Source: an uncultured bacterium (lineage in GTDB: Bacteria > Spirochaetota > B62-G9 > DRHN01). From it: 57,405 nucleotides of DNA. How positions within the stretch are numbered: the stretch's first letter is position 1; every line of letters begins with the position of its first letter. Below the pieces are notes generated by a model, which was not told the DNA's origin, did not search any database, and saw only the letters and a program-made list of their open reading frames with translations. Positions 17,583 through 26,853 of this stretch are shown one piece after another. The stretch spans positions 1-57,405 of the forward strand of contig CBFDDP010000004.1 of assembly GCA_965603595.1 (NCBI GenBank), given 5' to 3'. Both the position numbers and the translations under genes were made by a program.

Positions 17583-18299
17583 ATGAAATGGTTACACGTG
17601 TTCCTGGTTCTGCTGTTTGTCGGCGCTGCCGTAGCGGCATTCGCCGATTATAATGTCCTTTCCGATAACTTCAACAGCGGATCACTTGGCAAATGGAAGC
17701 CTGTAAGCGGCAGCTGGAAAGTCATGGACGGTACACTTTCACAGGTTGATACCAGTGAGAACATGGCCATGATCGTTGTCCCGGTACAACAGGCGGGTAA
17801 GGTGCTTTACGAGTTTGACGTAGAGTACGTAGGTGGCGGTGAGGATGATTATGCGGGTTTTGGATTTCATATCTGCATAAACGGTCCGAGCTCCATGCGA
17901 AGTTGGGGTAACGGTAAGTCCTTGCTCGGATGGGTTACCTGGGACCCCAAGGTCTATGGACCACCCGGTGCTTTTGTTCAGGTCTATGAAAGCAAGAGCA
18001 ACAGCAACATGGGCCTCTACACGAAAGTGTTTCCCGGTGCTGATCCAGTCAAGTATGGCGATCTCATCGCGATCAGTGACGAGTATCTGGATGTGCTGTA
18101 TATCGATTACCGGATTCCGGTTAAGATCATGGTCGATACGAGAACCGGAAAGGGCAAGTTTTACGATCCCTTTGCCCCCGAAGATTATTACTATCCCTTT
18201 GACCTGGGGGGACCGATCAGGGCAGGCGGTTATTTTGCACTCAGGACCAACAGTGTTGCATTGAGCTTTGACAATGTGACAATCACGAGAATGGACTGA
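17583..18299 (+). CDS. Secreted concanavalin/LamG-like (DUF1080-like) protein
   Basis: Signal peptide MKWLHVFLVLLFVGAAVAAFA, then FNSGSLGKWKPVSGSWKVMDGTLSQ, the typical opening strand pattern of DUF1080/LamG jelly rolls. Confidence 0.55.
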   Translation: MKWLHVFLVLLFVGAAVAAFADYNVLSDNFNSGSLGKWKPVSGSWKVMDGTLSQVDTSENMAMIVVPVQQAGKVLYEFDVEYVGGGEDDYAGFGFHICINGPSSMRSWGNGKSLLGWVTWDPKVYGPPGAFVQVYESKSNSNMGLYTKVFPGADPVKYGDLIAISDEYLDVLYIDYRIPVKIMVDTRTGKGKFYDPFAPEDYYYPFDLGGPIRAGGYFALRTNSVALSFDNVTITRMD

Positions 18300-18322
18300 T
18301 TGCTTAGGTAAAAAAGGAGGGA

Positions 18323-18355
18323 GGGTTATGCTCTGCTGAGCATAACCCTATTTTT
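18323..18355 (+). terminator. Rho-independent terminator
   Basis: GGGTTATGCTC-tgct-GAGCATAACCC followed by TATTTTT. Confidence 0.85.
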
Positions 18356-18441
18356 ATATAATGTAACGGGTAGACCCTCTGGATCTGTGAAGGGTGTGAG
18401 GTTGCATACCTGAATACTGTGAGCCCACCCGGTGTCCATGC

Positions 18442-20136
18442 ATGAAAAAAGTACATATTTTCCTTCTCGCTGTTTTCTCTGTAATCTTTGTACTTCAGGC
18501 AGAATGGTTCTGTCTGGCATCGAAGAGTGCGGAGTTCAGATACTTCTTCAGGGACTCCCCGGAGGAGCTGCTTGCCGATTTGAGCATTGAGGAAAAAGTC
18601 GGCCAGATACTGATATTCGGTTTTACCGGCGAAGCACTGGACAGTGATTATGAAGCGTGGGTGGCAGACGGGAGTCTTGGCAACATCAAGATATTTTTAC
18701 GAAATGTTCGGTCGCACACACAGCTTCGGGCATTGACTGATCGAATTACCCAACTCGCTCTGAGTTCACCCCACGGGATTCCTCCCTTTATTGCAACCGA
18801 TATGGAGGGTGGAACGGTCAACCACGTGCGCTACAGGGGGATATATCTTGCACCTGCGGCAGGTCTGCTGGGTGCAGCCGCGCGTGTCGAGTACAGTCAT
18901 CAGGCCGCACGTCTTATTGCCCTCACCCTCTACAACCACGGGGTGAATATGAACTTCGCTCCCTGTGTGGATGTGCTTACCAATCCTCTGAACCGTGTCA
19001 TCGGCACACGGTCCTACGGTTCAGACCCGGAGATCGTGTCCTCAATGGCCACAGCCTTTATAGAGGAGCACCGAAAACTGGGTATACTCACAACGGCAAA
19101 GCATTTTCCCGGACATGGTATGACCGCCTATGATTCACATCTCTTTTCTGCCATTGTCGATATGGAGCAGTCGGAACTGCACGATGTACACGCATATCCC
19201 TACCACCAGCTCATAGAGCATAGAAAGCTCGATGGCATCATGGTTTCCCATATCACCTACGGCCGTATCGATCCCATATATCCTGCCTCTCTTTCCTCGA
19301 AGGTCATCAACGGGTATCTCCGTGATGATCTTGGATACCGGGGTATCGTGGTTACCGATGACTTGGAGATGCAGGGTACTCAGACATACGCGGGCGACAT
19401 CGTGAAGGCATTTCTCCTCGCCTTCAGAGCGGGCAATGATCTCTTTCTCATCTCACATACGAAAGAAACACAGAGACAGCTGCTCCATGAGGCTGCCAAA
19501 CTGGTTGAAAATGGTGTACTTAGTGAGGCTGAGCTCGATAAAAAGGTGCTCAGAATTCTTGAGGCCAAACACCGTTACCTTATCCGATTCTACGGGGCCC
19601 ACGGTGGAACGGCTGTTCAGCAAAAGCTGCTGCAGCAGTCGATCAATGAGAATATACGGCTAACGGCTGACGGTATTGTTCTCATGTCCTCACAGATCGA
19701 TGCTTCGCCGCCCTCTTTTTTCAGGGAGATGGAGAAGGAGGAGAAGAGGGGGCTCATTCTCTCGCCGTCAAAGAGTTTTGGAATCCGTGCAAAGCGATAT
19801 CTCCCCTTCTGGGATATCATCGACATTGGCTTCTATCCCGATAAATACGAAAACAGGGAAAGGGTGGACCAGACGAGGGAAAAACTGAAGGAGTACGATG
19901 TCATTGTCCTCGGATTTGCAAATGAGAGACATATCCCATGGGCACGGGCATGTATGAAGGCTGATGTGCCCTTTGCGATTCTTTCCTACGACAACCCCCA
20001 GTACGCCCAGCGTTTTGCACCACATGCCCTGTTCATCGTCACCTGTTTTGCTCCATACAATCCCGCTACTGACATTCTTTTTATATCAGTTTTCGAAACG
20101 GGCAGATTCAGCCACAACTTTCCCTACAATTTCTGA
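18442..20136 (+). CDS. Glycoside hydrolase family 3 protein (NagZ/beta-hexosaminidase-like), secreted
   Basis: Signal peptide; KHFPGHG and GIVVTDDLEM motifs; extra C-terminal domain. Confidence 0.8.
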   Translation: MKKVHIFLLAVFSVIFVLQAEWFCLASKSAEFRYFFRDSPEELLADLSIEEKVGQILIFGFTGEALDSDYEAWVADGSLGNIKIFLRNVRSHTQLRALTDRITQLALSSPHGIPPFIATDMEGGTVNHVRYRGIYLAPAAGLLGAAARVEYSHQAARLIALTLYNHGVNMNFAPCVDVLTNPLNRVIGTRSYGSDPEIVSSMATAFIEEHRKLGILTTAKHFPGHGMTAYDSHLFSAIVDMEQSELHDVHAYPYHQLIEHRKLDGIMVSHITYGRIDPIYPASLSSKVINGYLRDDLGYRGIVVTDDLEMQGTQTYAGDIVKAFLLAFRAGNDLFLISHTKETQRQLLHEAAKLVENGVLSEAELDKKVLRILEAKHRYLIRFYGAHGGTAVQQKLLQQSINENIRLTADGIVLMSSQIDASPPSFFREMEKEEKRGLILSPSKSFGIRAKRYLPFWDIIDIGFYPDKYENRERVDQTREKLKEYDVIVLGFANERHIPWARACMKADVPFAILSYDNPQYAQRFAPHALFIVTCFAPYNPATDILFISVFETGRFSHNFPYNF

Positions 20137-20158
20137 ATCAACTGAGAGGTTCTTACCT

Positions 20159-21388
20159 ATGAAAACACAGCATCTGCCGCCCTATTTTTCGACCGGTGAT
20201 CCAGGTTCATTTGCACAGAAGACCCTGCGGGTTCGAAAACCTGCAATCATAGACAAGATAATCGGGGCAAACGAGTTTACAGAAGAACAGCGGCAGGCGA
20301 TGACAGCGCTGAAGGAAGAGCTCCTGCACGGAACCATCAGTGATCCCTTCAGCCCAGCACCCTACAGCACCGACGGCCTTGACGGTGATTCCCGGCAGAT
20401 GTGGCGGGATGAGATGCCTGCCTACCTCGGGAGGTCCTGGTTTGACATTCCCTTCTACTTTGCTGAGGCGCTGCTCTACTTTAAAATTTTGATCGCCATT
20501 GGTTATTTCGACCGCCGGTCCTCCTTCTATATGCGAGATCCCTATAAGCCCTTCAAGAAGAAGGAGCTCTATTCAGAAGATGGAGGGCTCGCCATTGGAC
20601 GTGCACTGTGTAAAACGATCGAAGAAGTGAAGAGTCCCGATGAAATGTTCCGGGCTATTCTTCACAACTCACTGTGGGGGAACAGGGTGGACCTCAGTCT
20701 CTTTTCTATTGCAGAGAAATCGAGGGGCAGGGTGCTTGATGAGCGGGGTGAGAATCTCCTGATCGATCATTCCACTGAGCTCGTGGATCTCATAGGCAGG
20801 GCTGCACGCGTCGATGTTATTCTTGATAATACAGGCCAGGAGCTCGTGAGCGACCTGCTTGCCGTCTGGCATGTGCTGACCATTTCCCCGCACAGGACAG
20901 TCCACCTGCATGCCAAGCGCTACCCTTTCTACGTGTCCGATGCCATGATCACTGACATTGATGAAACGATAGAGGCGCTCTCCCGGGACAGCAACCCGGC
21001 ACTCAAAAGGGTGGGGAAAGGGATTCGCTCGTTTCAAGAGCGGGGCCGTCTGCACATAGTGGATCATTTTTTCTGGAACGGACCGCTGCACTATCCCGAT
21101 CTCCCTTCCGAACTCCTGCAGGAGCTGTCAAGGTCGGATGTGGTGCTGCTGAAGGGTGATATCAATTACAGGCGCATCGTTTCGGACAGGAAGTGGAAAA
21201 TTTCATCGGACCTGGCAGATGTCGCGCATTACTTTCCAGTAAGTATTGCCCTGCTCAGGACCATGAAGAGCGAGGCCATTGTTGATATCGATGAGGAGTA
21301 TGCACTTAAGCTCGATGCACAAGACCCCGCGTGGAAGGTAAACGGAGAGCGGGGTATCATACGTGTGGTCTGCAAGGCAGCCTTGTGA
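20159..21388 (+). CDS. DUF89 / ARMT1-like damage-control phosphatase family protein
   Basis: MKTQHLPPYFSTGDPGSFAQKTLRVRKP N-terminus and the LLKGDINYRR motif. The longer ORF-track start at 19964 overlaps the GH3 gene and is rejected. Confidence 0.65.
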   Translation: MKTQHLPPYFSTGDPGSFAQKTLRVRKPAIIDKIIGANEFTEEQRQAMTALKEELLHGTISDPFSPAPYSTDGLDGDSRQMWRDEMPAYLGRSWFDIPFYFAEALLYFKILIAIGYFDRRSSFYMRDPYKPFKKKELYSEDGGLAIGRALCKTIEEVKSPDEMFRAILHNSLWGNRVDLSLFSIAEKSRGRVLDERGENLLIDHSTELVDLIGRAARVDVILDNTGQELVSDLLAVWHVLTISPHRTVHLHAKRYPFYVSDAMITDIDETIEALSRDSNPALKRVGKGIRSFQERGRLHIVDHFFWNGPLHYPDLPSELLQELSRSDVVLLKGDINYRRIVSDRKWKISSDLADVAHYFPVSIALLRTMKSEAIVDIDEEYALKLDAQDPAWKVNGERGIIRVVCKAAL

Positions 21389-21404
21389 AAGGAGACAGGG
21401 CACA

Positions 21405-21965
21405 TCAGTTGTTCTTTGCCGAAGGATACTCGATTTTAATGATCCTGTATGTTTTCTCCCCGCCGGGAAGATCGAGTCGAATGGTTTCACCCGCCTTCTT
21501 CGAGAGCAGGGCACGAGCCAGCGGCGATATCCAGCTGATTCGTCCATCTGAAGGATCGCTCTCGTCTATTCCCACGATCTGATACCACTTCTCCTCTCTG
21601 TTGTTTTCCAGGACACAGACCCTTGCCCCGAAGCGAACCTGATCAGGTTCCTGCATCCCGGGGTCAACCACCTCGAGTTTGTTGAGCATGACATCCAGGT
21701 ATTCGATCCTGCGTTCCATCTCTCTGAGACGTCGTCTCATGTTCGCATGTTCTTCCTTCCCGAGGTCTTCCCTGTGTTTGATGGCAATGGAGAGTTTTTT
21801 TAGAAGCACAGGATACTCCCTGCTCTGCAATGTCTGAAGCTCCCTTTGCACCAGTTCAGCACCCTGGGGGGTCATGTAGTTCCTCACACCAGGTGGAAGC
21901 GGGTCCTTGATGGCCGGCACATCATCGAAGTCATCGTCTGTTTCCTGTACAAAAGCCCTGCTCAT
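21405..21965 (-). CDS. GreA/GreB-family transcription elongation factor-like protein
   Basis: Coiled-coil N-terminal half and a C-terminal FKBP-like Gre domain (RFGARVCVLEN...ISWISPLARALLSKKAGE). Confidence 0.7.
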   Translation of the reverse strand: MSRAFVQETDDDFDDVPAIKDPLPPGVRNYMTPQGAELVQRELQTLQSREYPVLLKKLSIAIKHREDLGKEEHANMRRRLREMERRIEYLDVMLNKLEVVDPGMQEPDQVRFGARVCVLENNREEKWYQIVGIDESDPSDGRISWISPLARALLSKKAGETIRLDLPGGEKTYRIIKIEYPSAKNN

Positions 21966-22058
21966 CTTTATTTCCTTTACAAATCACATCCAAGTGGAGG
22001 CACCGATAGGGTATATCGCTGGGTCATCGAAACCGTGCATCCTGCCTGCACCCGGGAT

Positions 22059-22538
22059 TTACCGCGGCCAGCACCCGAGCAGGCGCCGCAGCACGATCAT
22101 CTGCCCCAGGTGATAGGCATTGTGGTCTGCCAAGAGCAGCGCTTCACGAAGTATGGTCTGACCGGAGCCATGCGAAATAGGGGCGAGAATATCCACATCA
22201 GGGTCCCCCACCAGTCCCTGCATGGCCCCGAGCTCTGCCCTGAAAACCTGCACACTGTTGTTCCAGGCCTTTTCATCGGGGTCTCCGTCATCAGGGGGCC
22301 AGTAACCCTCAGGAAAGTTCGGCGATACGTGTTCGGGATTCCTGCTGAACTCCAGTATGTCCCACTGGGCAATCCTCATGTGTTCCAGGAGTTGCCAGGC
22401 GGTGTAGGGCAGATCGTACACTTCTTTATTTCTGAGGTGCACCGGAAACCCGGCAATCACTTCATCAAAATGAACATGGGCTCCTCCGCCCCTCAACAGG
22501 TAGAGTGTGTGTTTTCTGACCTCCTCATCTCTCTTCAT
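22059..22538 (-). CDS. DinB-family (DinB_2) metal-dependent four-helix-bundle protein
   Basis: 159 aa with conserved His positions, including LADHNAYHLGQM at the C-terminus. Confidence 0.65.
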   Translation of the reverse strand: MKRDEEVRKHTLYLLRGGGAHVHFDEVIAGFPVHLRNKEVYDLPYTAWQLLEHMRIAQWDILEFSRNPEHVSPNFPEGYWPPDDGDPDEKAWNNSVQVFRAELGAMQGLVGDPDVDILAPISHGSGQTILREALLLADHNAYHLGQMIVLRRLLGCWPR

Positions 22539-22868
22539 GCCCCATCTCCTTTTTTCATACTACCCCTTTCAGGCCAGGACTTCCACTTTTTTCTAAAGGG
22601 CATGATTTGTACGGGAAGATCGAGTATATTAGCAGCAGTGAACCGGTTGGAGGTCCGAAATCGGCTCTGGTCAAAGGTGGACTCTCAGATATTGAGGGTT
22701 TTCGCAAGGAGTTTCTGTGCCATCACGGTTTCGGCATGAAAGGCGTGGATTACGAATGGAACGTGGACGTCAAATCCAAAGACCTCAAGTTTGATGTTGT
22801 AGAAGTCACCTAAACCTATTACAATCATGTCCAATTGTAACGCATGAGACGGAGAAAGGAATCTGAGC

Positions 22869-24059
22869 ATGAAGAGCCCGACCTTTCACCAATGGCCTGT
22901 CTGGGATAAGGAAGAGATCGAATCCGTCGGAGGAGTACTTACATCAGGCAACTGGTGGTGCGGTGCACCGGAGGATCAGGTGGGCAAAAATGTGTGGTCT
23001 TTCCAGAAGGAGTTTGCCGCTTTTCAGGAGTCTAAGCACTGTATTGCGGTTTCAAACGGTACGGTTGCCCTGGAGGCTGTTATGCTCGCCCTGGATATCG
23101 GCCTGGGTGATGAGGTCATTGTTTCAGACTATACCTTTGTTGCCTCGGCCAGCGCGGTGATCGCAACGAATGCGGTTCCCATATTCTGCGACATTGATCC
23201 GGAGACCCTGGTCATGGATGTCGAAAGGGCCGCATCACTCATTACTCCGCGTACCAGGGCGATCATAGCGGTACATCTGGGCGGAAACCCAGTGGACATG
23301 GAAGGGGTCTGCACTCTTGCCTCTGACCATGGACTTAAGATAATTGAGGATTGTGCCCATGCGCAGGGCTCCCGCTACAGAGGAAAACGTGTCGGAAACT
23401 GGGGAGATGCCGGGACCTTCAGCTTTCAGGCGTCCAAGGTACTCACGGCGGGAGAGGGTGGAGCGATCATCTGCAATGACGACGATTTGGCGGACAGGAT
23501 CTACAGTGTGACTGATTGCGGCAGGAGGAAGGGCGATTATTTCTATTCCCACTACGAATACGGCACCAATTACCGCATGCCGGAGCTTTCAGCCGCGCTT
23601 CTCCGTGTACAGCTGGGGAGATTCCCCTCACAGCACAAGCTGCGTAATGCCAATGCACGGTATCTTTCCGAGCGGCTACACAGTATAGATGGCATATCGG
23701 TCATGAAACCCACTCCCGGAGCGGATGAAATCGGGTACTATGTGTTCCCCTTTCTCTTCGAGCCTGAGGCTTTCAACGGAATGGGCAAAAAGGAGTTTGT
23801 GGAGAGGCTCCATGCAGGCGGTATTGAGACCGATGACTGTTATCCGCCCCTGCACACCCTTGATTGTTTCAGAAACCGAACTCTTCGGAAGGGAATCGAT
23901 TACACACAGGCCAACTGGGGTGATGAGAGTGGGGGAGACGAGCATTTTCCGGTGGTCTCAGAGGTGTACGAAAGATCGATACAACTTCCACACTACCTGC
24001 TGCTTTCGGAAAAGGAGCAGCTGGATTATATCCTTCGGTACATTGAAAGCCTGAAGTGA
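22869..24059 (+). CDS. DegT/DnrJ/EryC1-family PLP aminotransferase, BtrR/StsC (keto-inositol/keto-sugar:glutamine aminotransferase)-like
   Basis: HQWPVWDKEE N-terminus, FSFQASKVLTAGEGGAI (PLP lysine), GTNYRMPELSAALLRVQL and HFPVVSE. The pattern resembles remembered 2-deoxy-scyllo-inosose aminotransferases. Confidence 0.75.
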   Translation: MKSPTFHQWPVWDKEEIESVGGVLTSGNWWCGAPEDQVGKNVWSFQKEFAAFQESKHCIAVSNGTVALEAVMLALDIGLGDEVIVSDYTFVASASAVIATNAVPIFCDIDPETLVMDVERAASLITPRTRAIIAVHLGGNPVDMEGVCTLASDHGLKIIEDCAHAQGSRYRGKRVGNWGDAGTFSFQASKVLTAGEGGAIICNDDDLADRIYSVTDCGRRKGDYFYSHYEYGTNYRMPELSAALLRVQLGRFPSQHKLRNANARYLSERLHSIDGISVMKPTPGADEIGYYVFPFLFEPEAFNGMGKKEFVERLHAGGIETDDCYPPLHTLDCFRNRTLRKGIDYTQANWGDESGGDEHFPVVSEVYERSIQLPHYLLLSEKEQLDYILRYIESLK

Positions 24060-24176
24060 AAGGAATAATCTATCCTAGGCTCATTCCCTTTTTTATGGTG
24101 ATAATTCGGAATCTATCTTAATGTATGTTCGAAGACCAATAATGACAGGAGCTATTTATGAATATGGAGGAGATGT

Positions 24177-25106
24177 ATGAGAAATAAGAGCAAGGTGGCT
24201 GATGGATGGTGGGACTATACGACTCTGGATGAGCACATACTGGAGGATGCAGCGAAGTTGGTGGCGCAGGACCTGGAACAGCTGTCACGACCGGGGTTCT
24301 CCGTTGTCATGTACGATACGCTCGAGGAGTTTTATCTTGCAGAGGCTATGGAATATATCAGCTCATGGAAACAGGCCACGGACAGTGAACCGGCCGGTAT
24401 CTGCGGGCCTATAGGTCCAACCGAACAGCTGCCGCTCGTGGCCCGAATCGTCAATGATCTTGAGATACAACTTCATAATGCCCATTTCTGGGCCATGGAT
24501 GAGTGGTATATTGACGGGCGAGAGGTGCCTGTGGATCATCCGCTGAGCTTCGCACGAACCGACCTGGAACTCTGCTTCAACAGAATAAAACAGAGCCTGC
24601 GCATGCCGGAGGAAAACATACATTTTCCCCGCTCGGATAACCTGGATGCCTACTCCCGTTCCTATGATGAGTACAGGTGCTGTATCATGCAGGGAGGACA
24701 GGGTGAGGTGAAGCACTGGGCATTCAACGATCCGGTAAAACGGTCGGGTCAGTACAAGGACAACCCTCCGAGTCCTGAGGAGTACAGAAAACTGAAAACC
24801 CGCGTCATCGAACTGCACCCGATGACGATTATTCAGAATGCACGGACTTCCGGAGGGGGGGTTGTGTCGAATGTTCCCAGCCAGGCAATTACCGTGGGTC
24901 CTGTTGAGACGTGGAAATCGGAGAAGGTATCAATATGGCACGCTGGTGTCCATGACAACCCCTTTGGTATGCGCCTGACCACACTCATGATTTCGAAAAA
25001 GCTACCCGATTCATCGGTTCCCATGTCTCTGCTGGCTGATCACTCAAATGTGCAGTTCAATTTTTTCCGGCCTGGTATTGGGGAATGCGAAGCAGAGATG
25101 CACTGA
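24177..25106 (+). CDS. Glucosamine-6-phosphate deaminase/isomerase (NagB)-superfamily protein, divergent
   Basis: FWAMDEWYI (compare NagB FNLDEY) and [14 protein letters not shown] (compare GIGxDGHIAFNEP). It is longer than canonical NagB. Confidence 0.55.
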   Translation: MRNKSKVADGWWDYTTLDEHILEDAAKLVAQDLEQLSRPGFSVVMYDTLEEFYLAEAMEYISSWKQATDSEPAGICGPIGPTEQLPLVARIVNDLEIQLHNAHFWAMDEWYIDGREVPVDHPLSFARTDLELCFNRIKQSLRMPEENIHFPRSDNLDAYSRSYDEYRCCIMQGGQGEVKHWAFNDPVKRSGQYKDNPPSPEEYRKLKTRVIELHPMTIIQNARTSGGGVVSNVPSQAITVGPVETWKSEKVSIWHAGVHDNPFGMRLTTLMISKKLPDSSVPMSLLADHSNVQFNFFRPGIGECEAEMH

Positions 25107-25127
25107 CCGCCTAAGGAGAAGAGCACA

Positions 25128-26195
25128 ATGAAGAAGCTGATCAACAGGCCTGAGGATGTGGTGCGGGAGAGCATGGAGGGAATGGCCCTGGCCCACGGTG
25201 ATATACTGGCCGTCCACTCTGATCCCGGATTCGTCTTCCGCAGGGATGCTCCGGTGAAGGGAAAGGTTTCACTCATATCAGGAGGCGGAAGCGGGCATGA
25301 ACCTCTGCACAGTGGCTTTGTGGGTATGGGGATGCTCGACGCGGCCTGTCCCGGAGAGGTGTTTACGTCTCCAACCCCTGATCAGATGCTGGAGGCGGCA
25401 CGGAAGGTACACGGCGGCAGGGGCGTACTCAACATTGTGAAGAATTACAGCGGCGATGTGATGAACTTCGAAATGGCAGCCGAGCTCATTTCGGGCGAGA
25501 ATATGGATGTACGTAATGTGCTCATCGATGACGACGTGGCGGTGAAGGACAGTCTGTACACGCAGGGGCGGAGGGGCGTCGGAACCACGGTTCTGGCAGA
25601 GAAGATATGCGGTGCCGCAGCCGAGGCAGGCTATGATCTGGAGAAGCTTGCGCAGCTGGGCACCCGCGTCTCTTCGGGTGGACGGAGCATGGGGCTGGCC
25701 CTTACTTCCTGTACCGTACCTGCAAGCGGCGTACCCACCTTTGAGCTCAATGAGAACGAGATGGAGATGGGTATCGGCATACATGGTGAGTCGGGCCGGG
25801 AGAGGAAACTCCTGCTGAGAGCGGACGAAATTACCGAGATCCTCGCCAGCAGTATCATCGAAGATCCAGCCTATACCCGTACCGTCAGGGTATGGGATGG
25901 GGAGCAGTGGCGTGAACAGGAGCTGACCGACAGGTCCTTTCAGCGGGATGAAAGGGTACTCGCTTTTGTAAACGGTATGGGGGGAACACCTCTTTCCGAG
26001 CTGTATATTGTGTTCAGGAAGCTCTGTGATCTCTGTGAGGCGAAGGGTCTGCACATTGTGCGCAGCCTCGTTGGGAACTTCGTCACCTCCCTTGAGATGC
26101 AGGGGTGTTCCATAACACTTCTGAGGGTGGATGACGAGCTCCTGAAGTTGTGGGACGCGCCGGTACGTACGCCTTCACTGAGATGGGGTGTGTGA
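25128..26195 (+). CDS. dhaK: Dihydroxyacetone-kinase substrate-binding subunit DhaK
   Basis: [10 protein letters not shown] and [10 protein letters not shown] (hemiaminal His) motifs; AAGGAG RBS. Confidence 0.9.
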   Translation: MKKLINRPEDVVRESMEGMALAHGDILAVHSDPGFVFRRDAPVKGKVSLISGGGSGHEPLHSGFVGMGMLDAACPGEVFTSPTPDQMLEAARKVHGGRGVLNIVKNYSGDVMNFEMAAELISGENMDVRNVLIDDDVAVKDSLYTQGRRGVGTTVLAEKICGAAAEAGYDLEKLAQLGTRVSSGGRSMGLALTSCTVPASGVPTFELNENEMEMGIGIHGESGRERKLLLRADEITEILASSIIEDPAYTRTVRVWDGEQWREQELTDRSFQRDERVLAFVNGMGGTPLSELYIVFRKLCDLCEAKGLHIVRSLVGNFVTSLEMQGCSITLLRVDDELLKLWDAPVRTPSLRWGV

Positions 26196-26196
26196 G

Positions 26197-26850
26197 ATGG
26201 TTCACAGGGAGCAGATTGAGCAGTGGCTCAGGGTTTCAGCCGGCGTGATGGAGGAGAACAGGGAAACCCTCACGAAGCTCGATGCAGCACTGGGCGATGC
26301 TGACCACGGCATAAACATGGACCGCGGTTTTAAAAAAGTGGTAGCCATGCTCGACAGTAAGCCGGCCGGCGATATCGGTGCCCTTCTCAAGCAAGCGGGC
26401 ATGACGCTCATCTCCTCGGTGGGAGGTGCGAGCGGCCCCCTGTACGGCACCTTTTTCATGAGGGCGGGTATGGCGGTTGCCGGGAAGGAGACGCTGGAAA
26501 CCGATGATCTGGCCGCCCTGCTCGAGGAGGGGTGTAGAGGGGTTATGGAGCGTGGAAGGGCGCAGGCAGGGGAGAAGACGATGGTGGACGCCCTGCTTCC
26601 AGCGGCCCGTGCACTGGAGGAGGCCGCTCGGAAGGGTTTGGATACAACGGATGCGACAGGCAGTGCTGCCCGTGAAGCCTGCCGGGGAGCGAAGGAAACC
26701 ATTCCCCTCATTGCGCGAAAGGGCCGTGCAAGCTACCTTGGCGACCGGAGCAAAGGGCATCAGGACCCTGGCGCAACCTCCTCCTGCCTCATCATTAAAG
26801 CGCTGCACGATGTACTTGCGGCCCACTCCCCGGCCCTGCAGAAAGGCTGA
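26197..26850 (+). CDS. dhaL: Dihydroxyacetone-kinase ADP-binding subunit DhaL
   Basis: LDAALGDADHGINMDRGF and GGASGPLYGTFF motifs. Confidence 0.9.
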   Translation: MVHREQIEQWLRVSAGVMEENRETLTKLDAALGDADHGINMDRGFKKVVAMLDSKPAGDIGALLKQAGMTLISSVGGASGPLYGTFFMRAGMAVAGKETLETDDLAALLEEGCRGVMERGRAQAGEKTMVDALLPAARALEEAARKGLDTTDATGSAAREACRGAKETIPLIARKGRASYLGDRSKGHQDPGATSSCLIIKALHDVLAAHSPALQKG

Positions 26851-26853
26851 TTC

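Noticed and set aside
21846-22739. 297-aa plus-strand ORF spanning two genes
   Set aside because: It overlaps both the Gre-like and DinB genes in antisense, crosses their intergenic region and has no recognisable motifs.
22607-22813. 68-aa ORF (TTG start) in the divergent DinB/DegT intergenic region
   Set aside because: It has a rare start codon, no RBS and no recognisable domain. It could be a remnant or a small gene, but the sequence alone does not support a call.
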